Source of the DNA: Octopus vulgaris
Lineage: Eukaryota
Assembly: GCA_951406725.2 (NCBI GenBank)
Contig: OX597827.1
Span: forward strand, 47,244,001 to 47,308,000
DNA length: 64,000 bases
Direction: 5' to 3'
The notes beneath the pieces are model-generated. The model was not told where the DNA came from, searched no databases, and saw only the letters and a list, made by a program, of their open reading frames with translations. Shown here piece by piece: positions 1 to 13,700 of the stretch. A program made the position numbers and the translations under genes. Position 1 is the stretch's first letter. Each line of letters opens with the position of its first letter.

Positions 1-395
1 ATAAATTGTCATCCGTTTTCATTCAGAAATACGTTGATCAATTTGCTATTCTTGTTCTGCAGAGGCCGAGATTGCTTTGCTTTAATATGCCTATCCTAGT
101 ATCACAGGAGTCTATCAATTTGGCTTCAGCCAGTATAACGAAAGTCTTTAGAAGAGTGCAGTGTTCAATTCCCATCAACACATGTATCTACAAGGATTTA
201 ATATATATGAAATATGTAGGATATATATATATATACAAGTGAACTGCACTTTATTTAAGAAGTGCGGCCTTGGTCCACACCCAGTGTTACGGTATTTCTT
301 CTAAGTAATGATGTTAAGAATCCACGTGCATCTGTTCATTGCTCATCCACATGTAAATTCACCATTCGGTCTTAAACATCTATCTGTCTATCTAT

Positions 396-602
396 CTTTT
401 GTACTCTAGGCACAGGGCCCCAAATTTTGGAGAAGGGGGCAAATCGATTAGATCGACCCCAGCAAGCAACTGGTACTTAATTTTCTGGTACGAATGGATG
501 AAAGGCAAAGTCAACCTCGGTGGAATTTGAACTGAGAAAGTAAAGACAGGGAAATACCTCTAAGCATTTCGCCCTGCGTGCTAACGTTTCTGCCAGCTCA
601 CC
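396..602 (-). mobile_element. tRNA-type SINE, family A (head GGCAGAAxCGTTAGC...GTTCAAATTCC)
   Basis: Reverse complement of the repeat also found at 2071, 3925, 9031, 18583, 47715 and 63455; B-box-like GTTCAAATTCC. Confidence 0.8.
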
Positions 603-800
603 ATGTATGTATGTATGTATGTATGTATGTATGTATGTATGTATGTATGTATGTATGTATGTATGTATGTATGTATGTATGTATGTATCTATGGGTCTCT
701 CTGTCTGTCTGTGTATTATGTATGTAGGTATGTACGTATGTATGTATATATGTATGTATATATGTATGTATATGTGTGTAGGTGTGTATGTGAGTATGCG
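603..800. repeat. (ATGT)n microsatellite and degenerate flank
   Basis: Direct reading. Confidence 0.95.
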
Positions 801-1129
801 TATTCATTATCGTAATTTCCGGTACACACAGTTCCGGTAAATGCTATTGGGTTTATGTCCTTCAGCAATGTACTTCATTTCACCTTGTTCCATTTTACAT
901 AGCTGTAAACAAGTTTCTGCCGGGTGCTTCTGCAGCCCTATCTCTGTCTGTCTGTGTGTCTGTCTCGCTCTTTCTCTGTCTATTTCAACATCCCTTTCCT
1001 TTTCCAGTTCCTCATATCTGTTTGGTCACGTGGGAGGGGGTCCATGTAACTCCACCACTAATTGGCGTATAAAAGAAAAAGCGAATTTTTTGAGCAAGCT
1101 ACCACGAATGGTTGAGGAAATGTGTGCAC

Positions 1130-1197
<68 letters not shown>

Positions 1198-1216
1198 ATG
1201 TCTGTCTGTCTATCTG

Positions 1217-1295
<79 letters not shown>

Positions 1296-1335
1296 GTCTG
1301 TATGTCTGTCTGTCTGTCTGTCTGTCTATTTATCC

Positions 1336-1403
<68 letters not shown>

Positions 1404-1485
1404 ACCTATCTATATGTATGTATATGTATATGTATGTATATGTATGTAGATATATGTTTATATATATATATGTATATATATATAT
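1130..1485. repeat. (TATC)n/(TGTC)n compound microsatellite grading to (TA)n
   Basis: Direct reading. Confidence 0.95.
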
Positions 1486-2070
1486 ACGTAGGAACAACTC
1501 TGTCTGTGGGCCTCTCTCCCCCCTTTCTCTCTCTCCCTCTCCTCTCCCTCTTTCTGTCTGCCTGTGTGCGTGTGTCTCTTTCTCTCTATTTAAACACACA
1601 CACACACACACCAACACACATACATAAACAAGAAGCACACAAATGAACATATATAAGTTTTTAACTTCGCTTTAACAATTTTAAAACCTTTCTAGTGAGT
1701 TTAGTACTTTTATATAGTATTTTCCATTTCATTGCCTTTTCCTCTTCATTCATCGTTTGATGTTCCTATATGACACGCTTTATGATTGTTTGTGTAGCAG
1801 GTTTGTGCCACGCTTTGTATTTTAATAAATACGTAAATTTCAGTAAATACAATAGCTTTTAATATTCTTTATGTTTTAATACTAATATCTATTGCTTATG
1901 ACTGTTACGACTGTTGTCATTTTCTTCAGTCTTATATTTATTAAATACTTCCACTGACTTACTAAGAGCAGCTTCATGCGCCGTGTCTGCACTTTCGAGT
2001 GGTTTGTAGTAATTTAAATATGTATGTGTGCGATACCTAACAATGGTATTTTCATTAGTCTATGCATATA

Positions 2071-2590
2071 TAAGGCGGTTAGCTGGCAGAATCGTTAGCA
2101 CACCGGACGAAATGCGTAGTCGTATTTCGCCTGCCGTTACGTTCTGAGTTCAAATTCCGCCGAGGTCGACTTTGCCTTTCATTCTTTCGGGGTCGATTAA
2201 ATAAGTTCCAGTTACGCACTGAGGTCGATATAATCGACTCTATCCGTTTGTCTGTACTTGTTTGTCCCCTCTATACTTAGGCCCTTGTGAGTAGTAAAGA
2301 AATTGGTATTTCGTCAGTCGTTACGTTGTGAGTTCAAATTCCGCCGAGGTCGACTTTGTCTTTCATCCTTTCGGGGTCGATTAAATAAATACTAGTTACG
2401 CACTGGGGTCGATATAATCGACTTCATTCGTTTGTCTGTCCTTGTTTGTCCTGTCTATGTTTAGCCCCTTGTGGGCAATAAAGAAATAAGAAACGTTTGC
2501 ACGCCGGGCGAAATGCTTAGCGGTATTTCACCTGTCTTGACGCTCTGAGTTCGAATTCCGCCCTCTACCAGTCGGGCACTGGGATCGATG
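2071..2590 (+). mobile_element. Head-to-tail multimer (about 3 units) of SINE family A
   Basis: Core GAGTTC(A/G)AATTCCGCC occurs three times (about 2146, 2330, 2546); the tail GCCCTTGTG(A/G)GxAxTAAAGAAAT occurs twice. Confidence 0.8.
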
Positions 2591-2689
2591 GATGTTCGTT
2601 TTCGGAAATTTATAGAGGGTCATTGGCGGGGAATTCCGACGATGTTCTCGGGGAGACTCTGAGCATCGACAAGAACGAATTGGTTAGAT

Positions 2690-3800
2690 TGAAGTGGAGG
2701 TGGTTGTTTTTTGAGTTTTTACTTTTATCTTGTATCTTAGGTTCACATTCCTCAGCATCAACGCAAGACGGATCATGAAAAGAACAAAAAGCAACAGAGA
2801 TAGGCTGTTTTCATGGAAAATCCCCCTACTACTCAGGCTGCTCATGTCCCGGATGCTCAATATTTTCCCCTACGATGTCAACTCAGTTTTTTAACGAACC
2901 ATACATCTCTTCGGCAAACATGTTAGAATATTTGCAATTCCAAACAAATTTAAGTACTCAATGATTCACGAATGTGGAATCATATTGCAAACTTTGTGTT
3001 AACGGATACAAGCCATTCCCCAATTTTTCTTTCTTTGCTTACGATTTTGCATTACCATTTTGTCTTTTGGATAAGGTGGGAAGCTGACAGAATCGTTACT
3101 GCGACGGGTAAAATGTTTAGCAGCACTTGGTAAGTCTTTATGTTTTGAGTTAAAATTCTGCCGAGGTCAAGTTGGCATTTTAGCATTTCGATGTCGATAA
3201 CATAAGTACCAGTTGATCACTGGGGTCGTTGTAATCACATTTACTGGTCTTGTGCCAAAATTTGAAGCCAATAATTGGTCTTTAGTATCTCTGCATCTCC
3301 TCCTACAACCTTTCGGTTCCATTATTAAAACGTTGTTATCAACAAATTTCTACATCTCTAATACAATCCCTCTTAACTGTAACTTACACATTAATGGAAA
3401 GCAAGAGATTGGCCAGTAATTGTCGGCAGCATTTCCTTTCAATTCATCTTTCAAGCACAAAATAACTTTTATCCTTTGGTCAATCACTCTGAGATTTCTT
3501 CTTCTCCATTGATCAACGCATTAAATTATGCTGCAATCAATTTATGAAACCTACTGAACATTTTTATCCAAAAGCCATGTACACCATCAGATCCTCGTGT
3601 TTTTATTCATATTTCTGATAATGTCTTCGGTATAGATGATAGCATTTTGCTGGGGATAAGAAGCTGTTTGATTCAAGTTGTATACGTGATATTGTGTTGA
3701 TCTTGCTTACTCCATATCTTTCCCACAAAACTGTCGACTATTACCAACATCAGGAACTGACCTTTCGCTTTCTCAACCAACATTAATTTCTTGATAAAAA
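2690..3800 (-). pseudogene. Old degenerate R4/Dong-type non-LTR reverse transcriptase, interrupted by a SINE at 3071-3270
   Basis: Manual minus-strand translation gives [78 protein letters not shown] and NHLHF, matching R4/Dong RT motifs (GPDGxxxFWIK, NYRPITC, EQKGC..GTKDQLL, GIFQGDSLSPLLF, INHLLF). Confidence 0.75.
3071..3270 (+). mobile_element. Diverged SINE family A copy nested in the Dong-like RT
   Basis: AGCTGACAGAATCGTTA...GCCGAGGTCAA...AAGTACCAGTT similar to family A. Confidence 0.7.
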
Positions 3801-3924
3801 GAAACCCATTTTCTTTTTTGTTCTCACGGCTTAACAAATTCAGTTAACTTGTTTGCATATATACCAACCTATCTATCTAAACATATAAAATCTTACACAT
3901 GTTATACACAAATATAATATATAT

Positions 3925-4156
3925 ATTTCTTTACTGCCCACAAGGGGCTAAACATAGGGGGGACAAACAAGGACAGACAAAGGGATTAAGTTGATTACAT
4001 CGATCCCAGTGCGTAATTGTTACTTAATTTATCGACCCCGGAAGGATCAAAGGCAAAGTGGACCTCGGCGGAATTTGAACTCAGAACGTAACGGCAGACG
4101 AAATACGGCTACGCATTTCACCCGGTGTGCTAACGTTTCTGCCAGCTCGCCGCCCT
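3925..4156 (-). mobile_element. SINE family A, near full length
   Basis: Reverse complement of the 2071-2300 unit. Confidence 0.85.
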
Positions 4157-4597
4157 ACACAAATATAATATATATTAGACACTTGTTTTTCCTCAGCTGC
4201 TCTTCCTTCTCCATGGAACTTCCCTCTTTCTTTTTCTCCATCTTAAACTGAACATCAACCTAATACATTTACTAAGTATGTCAATTTGATTTTTCTTGGT
4301 TTTATTTTATTATTTTGTTCGATTTGGCTATGTGTGTGTGTCTGTGAACATGCGTCTATTTTTCTGTGCATCTATGGAAATATGTATGCGTATGTGTTAA
4401 TGCTTGACTACCCATTGTGATTTGTGAGCATCACCGCAACTTAGAAGTTCGGCAAAGAAGCCGACAAAAAAAGCACCTAGTTTCAAAATGAAATCTGTAC
4501 TTGGTTCAGGGTCAATTTTTAGATTGTAGCCTTCAAGGCCATGTCCTATGTTGGTCACAAACAGCATATGGATAACAATATATATATATATATATGT

Positions 4598-4840
4598 GAG
4601 GCGCGTGGTTTCGTCGTTAGGGTGTCAGTATCATGATCGTAAGATTGTGGTTTCGATTCTTGGACCGGGCGACGCGTTGTGTTCTTGAGCAGAACAATTC
4701 ATTTCACGTTGCTCCAGTCCAGTCAGCTGGCAAAAATGAGTAAAGCTGCGATGGACTGGTGTCCCGTTTAGCAGGGGAACACATACGCCATTGAAACCGG
4801 GAAACCAGGCCCGTGAGCCTGGCTAGGCTTTAAAAGGGTG

Positions 4841-4843
<3 letters not shown>
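4598..4843 (+). mobile_element. tRNA-derived SINE (family C) with (TTA)n tail
   Basis: A-box-like GCGTGGTTTCGTCGTTAGG, B-box GGTTTCGATTC, core GTGTTCTTGAGC...TTTCACGTTGCTCCAGT; related reversed copy at 60025-60335. Confidence 0.75.
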
Positions 4844-4894
<51 letters not shown>

Positions 4895-5458
4895 TTATTA
4901 TCATAATAATAATAATAATAATATATATATATATATATATGCAGACATATACGTACATATCAACGTACATATACATAGATATATTCACGCGTACAACTAT
5001 TCCGTCTTGTTCTGTAACCTCTTTTTTTGCTGTTTTTGTATTATTTATGTACTTTTGCTGTCAATAAAAGGATCATCATCAAAATTAACATTATCATCAT
5101 CATCATCATCACCGCCCAAATCCTCCTTTTCCTTTTCATCCACCTCCTAATCTTCCTTCGCCCCCTTACTCCTCCTCCTCCTCCTCATCATCATCATCAT
5201 TATCACCAGCCTCATCATCATCATCATCATCGCAATTACAGTACATTTTAGTGTCACATATACATCAAGGCATGAAGCACATAAAAGTGTAACAGAAATA
5301 ACGAAATATGAAAGATCAATAAAACATCACGTACCACATTTTAATGGAGGTTTTTGCTTCGTCTGACTTTTGAGTTAGGAGTTATGGAAATTCGTCTGCT
5401 TATATTCGTAATTTTTTCAAACTTTAAAATAGTTTGTATTTTTGCTGAGGTATATAAA

Positions 5459-5961
<503 letters not shown>

Positions 5962-6164
5962 TTAGTCGTCGGCAGAGAATCCGAAGTGAGTCAACAACCG
6001 AGAGTTTCTTGCATGGCAATTATGGAGACTGATAAGTGGTAAGTGCCATGCATGAGACACTGACCGCTGATTAATAATGATGATGTTAATAATAATAACA
6101 ACAACAATGATTTATAATATAAATAATAATAAAGATATATATATATATATATGTATATCTCTAC

Positions 6165-6203
<39 letters not shown>

Positions 6204-6833
6204 TATTTTATGTATATGTATATGCATATATATGTTCTGAGGAAATAACAAGAGAGCGTCTAAGCGGTTGCTTGACATGCCAAAAATAGCAGCAGACATT
6301 ATTACACTTCTAGTAGACCCTAGATAATTTTCAAAAGCCTTTGATCATACCTTTGGTTTTGGTTGATGAGGTTTGACATGCGGCTAAAAACGATGCTAAA
6401 ATGTAGATTAAAACAAACGTAAAGACTTTCCATGACGTACGCTTACTAAGATACAGGGAGATATAGGATGTACATATTTATTTAAGTTGATTAATGCATG
6501 CGTACCGAAACAAACACACGTGTGGCATAAATACAATAAGCATTAAAAATGAACGACACATAAAGACTAAAGTTTGGAAATAAGTTATTAGCTTAATGCA
6601 GACACAGACGTATATGCAAACACAAACAAACACACACACACGCACGCACGTAAGGTAACACACACCCAGACACATAGGCACAGAGACACACGCTCAGACA
6701 CACACGCACAAACACACAGAAACAGAGACACACACATACACACTCACACGTGCAAACAAACACACTCACACAAATATATATATGTATACACATATAAATA
6801 TCTGTATCTAGCTATGTATCTATCTATCTGTCC

Positions 6834-6873
<40 letters not shown>

Positions 6874-6883
6874 ATATATATGT

Positions 6884-6922
<39 letters not shown>

Positions 6923-7063
6923 CATATGCAATTACATGTAAGTACACATATACATTTAAATATATTTACACGGTTATATATTCACATTTACTTGTCCATG
7001 TATATTCATATCTAAATATATGTATATATACACATTCACACATATATACATGCATAATACATA

Positions 7064-7140
<77 letters not shown>

Positions 7141-7222
7141 CATATATAGCATATATATAAATACATATATATATACACAGAATTATATATATGCATATAT
7201 GTATATGTATGTGTACATGTGT

Positions 7223-7284
<62 letters not shown>

Positions 7285-7731
7285 GTATGTGCATAAACTT
7301 AATAAAGTTTTACTCTGAGCGAAACATGTAATGATGTAAATTTGAAACAAACAACAAAATAACGAATCTACACAACAAATTGTGAAATGAAAATGAAAAT
7401 ACTCATGGAAAATGATAAACAATGCCATGTACAGTGTTACATTAGATCGGTTATTGGTTTTCGTCCATGTTATTGATGTTGTTGAGACAATTTTAGATGT
7501 TCATATCGTTAATATCTCTTTTGGCATATTGTATTTGTTGTAAATTGTGAAAATATATAGCAATTTAGAAAAAATAACAAACACGCATACAAACTAATAT
7601 GTATATATATATATATATATATATACATACACATGCACACATATCTACATATACGCATGCATATAATGTTGATGTATCTCTCTATGTGCTTACATATAAA
7701 ACTATCGTTATATATATATATGTATGTAATA

Positions 7732-7776
<45 letters not shown>

Positions 7777-7801
7777 AAAAAATATATATATAAGTATATA
7801 A

Positions 7802-7833
<32 letters not shown>

Positions 7834-9030
7834 AAGTATATATATATAAGTATATAAATATATAAGTATATATATATATATATCTGTATGTACGTATATA
7901 AAGGAAGAAGGAGGGGAAGAGTGAATATAGTTTGCATGTATGAATATTTATGCAGAAATATTGATATGTATGCATATTTAAATGTATGTATACACACACA
8001 GATACATATATATATATATATATGTGTGTGTCTGTGTATGTGTGTATTTGTGTGTGCCTCTTTGTGTGTTTTTTCTTGTGTATGAGTATTTATCTGTGTG
8101 CGACTTTATAATATTGGTCTGTGTTGAATACAAGAACTATGGAATGTGGACATTTCATGAAAAGTATCTAAAAACGAATTTTGTAGTGCTCTTGGCAGCT
8201 GTTCAACAAGGCAACACTAGGAAAAAACGCATTAAAAAACCCTTCAACACAATAAATATATGCCGTATAAATATACGCATGCTGCCTTCACACACGCACA
8301 CACATATGCACGCAAAACACATACGCACGAATGCACACACAGATATACGTATATGTATATGTATATACACAATGAAATACATGTACCAATAATTTCCCAA
8401 CAAATATATATAATACGATACAAATAGCAAATTGAAAAAATCATTAATGATAAAAATATTACCCAAAACCACACAACATTAACAAAACAAACAAAACCCA
8501 TTATTACAAATTTAATTTTGGCAAACGGCAATACACAGGGGTAACATTTTGTCGTTTGGGAAGGTGAGACGACAATTTTATTATTAGTAAAGGAACACAA
8601 TATGTTGAAAAAAAAAACCCCAAATACTTTAAATAATATAAATTTATTAGAAATTAACTATTATGGAGCCCTACATTTAGAAAAAATATCCCAAAACCTA
8701 ACAAGACAATCGAATTCAAATCATATAGACAGAGTTAGGGTATATATTATAATAAATCGGATATATTGTGTTTGAATATTGAGTTCGAGAATACAATATA
8801 CTCACACATTCGTTTGTTCGTGTATGCGAAGATATATAAATAAAAACACACATATATACATATAGACAGGCACCCCACCAAACACACACAGACACACGTA
8901 CCATATGCACGTATACCTATAAAAACTTGTAATTTAGTTTTCGTTATTAGTAAGATCAACAATATGAAATACCTAATCCAATGAAAAACAAGTATAATAT
9001 ACACATAATCTAAATACCTGCTGCTAATAA

Positions 9031-9201
9031 TATTTTCTACTCTAGGCACAAGGCCCGAAATTTTTGAGGAGGCGGGGCCAGTCGATTAGATCGGCCTCAG
9101 TACTCAAATGGTACTTAATTTATCGACCCAGAAAGGATGAAAGGCAAAGTCGACCTCGGCGGAATTTGAACTGAGAACGTAAAGACAGACGAAATACCGC
9201 T
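9031..9201 (-). mobile_element. SINE family A, 5'-truncated, alternative 3' tail
   Basis: TACTCTAGGCACAAGGCCC...GGCAAAGTCGACCTCGGCGGAATTTGAAC. Confidence 0.8.
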
Positions 9202-9269
9202 CATAGTAGCTCATATTCAAATAGTGTATATATTAAATGTATGACTATATGAAATAGCTATATATATAT

Positions 9270-9343
<74 letters not shown>

Positions 9344-9552
9344 GAGTTGACAAGTTCCTATTTTGACTGTAAGAAAATAGAGGAGAATCGGTTAATTATG
9401 ATTTTATGCAACATACTCCGCTCTCAGATTCAGACACCTATTGCAGAGATCCTTCAGTTTTTCTAAGACCTGTCAAAGAACTTGGAAGGATGCGCCTCCA
9501 ACTAGGCCTTTGGCGACAACCTTACAGCCAAAAACGTTTCAGCACCCCTTCG
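9344..9552 (-). mobile_element. Mariner-derived non-autonomous element (MITE)
   Basis: End TTTCAGCACCCCTTCG|TA; homologous to 11617-11795 in the opposite orientation, which encodes a mariner-like C-terminus (NKCVNLRVEYVE*). Confidence 0.65.
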
Positions 9553-9937
9553 TATTAATCTGCGGTATGCACCTCTCTTCGATAATTACTGCTTCTGAGG
9601 TTCCGCTCGCTAAGAAACATAGGTAGTCTGAATTTTATCTACTCTGTTCCTTAATTGTTGGATGTTTAATCCCATACCCGGTAACCCTGGTTGTCAAACG
9701 TGAACTATAAAATATTTTTTTTCAGTTTATCGCTCTTCCATACGGCGAAAATTTACAACCTTCCTCGCAAATGAACCACTATTATTCCTGAAAGTTGCTT
9801 TACATATTCTGCGGATTGCTTGAAGCACACTTACTTCCTACACCTTGATCCTTGGAACTTACATGCGTATATGATAGACCATTAGCCACTACACACATCT
9901 TTTTCTCTCCTTGTTTCTCTCCTTGTTTTCTATGTAC

Positions 9938-9973
9938 CTTTCTGTAGAAGAGCGTAGGCTCGAAACCTAAAAG
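9938..9973 (+). ncRNA. Atypical hammerhead-like motif in a (TA)n-terminated element (about 9880-10066)
   Basis: cttt-CTGtagAAGA-gcgtaggctc-GAAAC-CTA-aaag: helix I cttt/aaag, 3-nt insertion in the core; degenerate relative at 34320-34354 (-). Confidence 0.35.
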
Positions 9974-10063
9974 ACTTTTTTCTATTCCTGAGCGTTATAC
10001 TAATACATCTGTTTGTTTCGTACACCACCTGTCTGCGTCATTGTTGTTTTTTTCGTAAACTCT

Positions 10064-10126
<63 letters not shown>

Positions 10127-10379
10127 TTGCAAGATTCTTGATGTGAAATCGTGAGTTGAAACAGATGTTATTGTATTTAGGAATGGTCATTTTGCCAGTT
10201 GGTCATTTTGCCAGTTTAACAATGTGCGGTAGTGCTCCATTCCAGTTTCCTATTTAGGCTAGGTTTATCTTCTATTATGTGTGTAGCTTCCGTAATTTGT
10301 CTAATTGTTGCGACTGTTCTATGTGTGGACAAGATTTTAACTTCTATGCTGTTGAGTGAGCCCCCGTGTTCCTGCTCGG

Positions 10380-11077
10380 CGTGCTGGTACAGAACCGATG
10401 AGACACACCGGCACCACCAGCTTAAGAAGTTCACCACCCACGTAAAGTATTATTAACTATTTGGTGGGACAGGAAATATTTAGTCCACTTTGTACTTTTA
10501 AGCCCAAACCAAACGATAAAAAAAGGAGGTCTGCTGCGTGAATCTGAGCGGCTTGAGTCAGCGCTAGAAGGAAAAACGACCATCTTTGGTTTCAAGAGGA
10601 AAGTTGTTCTTCCATCAGAATAATGCTCCGCCACATACAGAGAGGATAACATTCCAAAGACTGTAGCAGTTTGAATGGGAAACGACGCTTCACCCACTAT
10701 ATTCGCTAGACATTACACAATCTGATTATAACTTATTCCGCAGTCTTCAAAATCATTTGGATGGAAAAAAATATGAATTCTGTAAACGAGGTCAGAACAG
10801 TACAGGAGGAGTATTTTTCGTTACGGATAAGCGAATTTTGGAAGTCTACCAGATAGATGGAAGAGCATTGAAGAAAATGAAGGGGTGTATATTTTAGATA
10901 AAAAAAGAACTTTGTTTATCTTAATTTTGTAAAAAAAAAAGAGGTATAAACAAAGCGCATTATATATAGGTTAACCCAATACATGAGTAAGTATGTATAT
11001 ATATATATATCACACACGGTACACACACACATATGTATTTATATAAAAAACCGCATTATTTATGGGATGACCCAATA
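10380..11077 (+). pseudogene. Mariner (DD34D) transposase C-terminal relic with right terminal inverted repeat
   Basis: Translates to HPRKVLLTIWWDRK, FHQNNAPPH and HPLYSLDITQSDYNLFRSLQNHLDGKK; ends CGCATTATTTATGGGATGACCCAA|TA. Confidence 0.85.
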
Positions 11078-11616
11078 TATATACATATGACCAGATGAAC
11101 AAATATGCATAGATGGTGAGTTATCAATGCGTTCAATGCATGCCTATTAAACTCACAAATGCATAGATATGATATTATGCGTTATATTTTTCTGAAGGTA
11201 ACTGTCTCAAGTTGCAATTTATACAGCTACAAACCCTATATAATTTCGTATAGTGTGCTAGACAACATCAAATACTACAACAATAACAACCAACAATGAC
11301 AAAATAATCAAGTTTGCGTAATGATCATAAATTTTAACAAGACGGGAAATCTGGTGGTTTTTTTTCTCTTTTCCGATTTTCATGTAAATAGTAACGTCAT
11401 ATTGTAGCAGCTTTTCGCAAATGCGTGTGGTTGATGATTTCATATATCTCCTGTAAGTGCTAAAAATGACATAAAGTTGAAATGTTAATGAGATATTATT
11501 AATTCTATTCAGAGTTCAAATTTATATTATTGCCAGCTCTTAACAAGTAAGTTTCGTGAGCTTCATGAGCGGTATAGGTAAAAATTATTGTATACCCAAA
11601 CTGTAACGTTAAAAAA

Positions 11617-11795
11617 GAGTGCCGAAAAGGCCTGGTTGGAGGCCCAAACGTTTAAGTTCTTTTACAGGGCTTAGAAAAACTGAAGAACTGCTGCAATAAG
11701 TGTGTGAATCTGAGAGTGGAATATGTTGAATAAAACAATAATTAACTGATTCTCCTCTATTTTCTTTTAAAGTCAGGAACTTTTCAGCACGCTCA
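11617..11795 (+). mobile_element. Mariner-derived MITE, same family as 9344-9552
   Basis: AATAAGTGTGTGAATCTGAGAGTGGAATATGTTGAATAA ... GGAACTTTTCAGCAC. Confidence 0.65.
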
Positions 11796-12785
11796 CTTAT
11801 ACTAAATCTCGATTTTTGTTGTTGTTGTCTCAGGTGTTTTCATCTACGTACCTTTTTTAATAAACACTCGTTCCTTTAGTGTAACTCTTTGTCAACATAG
11901 ACTCTTCTACACCCCGTAGTAAAACCTGAAAGTCAATGATCCGACGAGGACGTTATGATGTAACACGATCTGGTAAATACAAGGGGCAACATTTTTCTTC
12001 GCTTCTGTCTTGAAAACGGAATCATTTGTCTGAATAAAAAGAAAGACAGACCACTTTTGCACAAAAGTCGATTAGATCAGCGTTGACTTGAAATAATTAA
12101 CACAACCAACAGACGTACATTTTAGAAATATTCCGTTTGTAAATGATATTACTCATTATTCGCAGCTAATATCCTTTATAAATAAATCAGCGTTATAATC
12201 CGATTTCCCTTGCGTTTAATTGAAGATAATTTGTAACGAGTTAATAAAATTAACTTTATATGAATGATGTATTGCAAAAGACACATATCTGCTCGCAATT
12301 TTAACGCCGAACGCTTTGAAAGTTAGTTTTACCGCTTAATACATTCTTACGTTCTCATCTCAATATTAGTATTCTGTTTAAAACCACCATCTTGTCTATT
12401 TTAACCGAGTTGACTCAGATTCAAATATTCAGCCGGATCACTGATCCAGATATATAAATACCAGACTCCCTGAATTGGCAAGGCGCATTTCTTTTTCTTT
12501 TCTCAGTTTGATGGTAAAAAAAAACTTTGGTCCATCCCTAATCTAACACAGAGGAGCATGTATAAAAGAAAAGAAATTTTTAGAACAGACAGCAGTTTTA
12601 TTATAAAGGTATGACTTAGTTATAGGGTAAAGCCCAAAATAAAGCATCTTTTGTGTCGTGTAGATGGTTGATTAAAGGAGTAGACATGACATGCTACAAG
12701 CCTGTTGTTTCAGATATGTCTTATTTGTCGCTAGTAGAAGACTACCACATACCACAATCGGTTTCGGGTATGATGAATGTGTTAT

Positions 12786-12814
<29 letters not shown>

Positions 12815-12817
<3 letters not shown>

Positions 12818-13183
12818 AGCGAACGGTCTTCGTCCAAGAGCTCGCAAGATGGGAGAAGTCCGAAACGTGGTCCTTTGCTATTCGTAAGACCGGCAGAATA
12901 GAAAGCAGGTCAACCCCCGACATCGAGAGCATCGATGGATGGATGAATACGCATCCAGGCTCAGCGGTTGCGTAGGAAGTCGGGGACAAGAAACAGGAAG
13001 AAAGAGTGAGAGAAAGTTGGAGCGAAAGAGTACAACAGGGGTCGCCACCACCCCCTGCCGGAGCCTCGTGGAGCTTTAGATGTTTTCGCTCAATAAACAC
13101 ACACAACGCCCGGTCTGGGAATCGAAACCGCGATCCTCCGACCGCGAGTCCGGTGCCCTAACCATTGGGCCATTGCGCCTCCA
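12815..13183 (-). mobile_element. tRNA-derived SINE family B, tail type 1, in (CAA/CAG)n
   Basis: Head GGAGGCGCAATGGCCCAATGGTTAGG...GGTTTCGATTCCC on the minus strand, shared with 34900, 41547 and 52258. Confidence 0.8.
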
Positions 13184-13263
13184 CTGTTGTTGCTGTTGTA
13201 ATGATTTGTCAATTACATTTAGGCAGATTTATGCCTAAATCTGTGTGTCTGTAAATGTATATG

Positions 13264-13315
<52 letters not shown>

Positions 13316-13700
13316 GTGCAACCGAAAACCCATGTGTCTTTTAGGTCAGTTGAAAGCAGTTTGGGTATAAACTTGGCATGCACGCGTGTCATACCCAAAT
13401 CTTAAGCAATAATGGATTGAAATGAACCGGGTCTAATCTGCACAGCCTCTGAAAATTCATGGATGGTGATTCGACGATTTCTTCTCACAGATGAACGCAC
13501 ATATGCGATGTTGTTCTTAGTTCTGCTAGTTGCGGGTCTCCTAGAACTTTCGCCAATAACGACATTTTTCGGTCATTTCGCAAACGTCTGAGCGACTCAC
13601 AAACTTGTGTAAAGCTCATACATTCCTCTCCATAGACCTTCTGGAACATGGTGTGGGCCTCTGGGAAGGTATCGCCATGACAGCCTTTTCTGTCATGGTC
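13316..13700 (-). pseudogene. Mariner transposase N-terminal (HTH) relic
   Basis: Minus strand: EAHTMFQKVYGEECMS, RRPATSRT, VRRNRRITIHE and LGMTRVHAKFIPKLL (WVPHEL-equivalent). Confidence 0.75.

Noticed and set aside
2071-2590. Repeat-spacer appearance suggesting a CRISPR array
   Set aside because: Units are SINE multimers in eukaryotic DNA; no cas genes and no unique spacers.
7312-7335. CTGAGC-GAAACATGTA hammerhead-like fragment
   Set aside because: Core incomplete, no helix II, no helix I.
12844-12878. gcaag-atg-gga gaag tcc-GAAAC-gtg-GTC-ctttgc in SINE B tail 1
   Set aside because: The 3' half looks HHR-like, but CUGANGA is absent and it lies antisense to the SINE.
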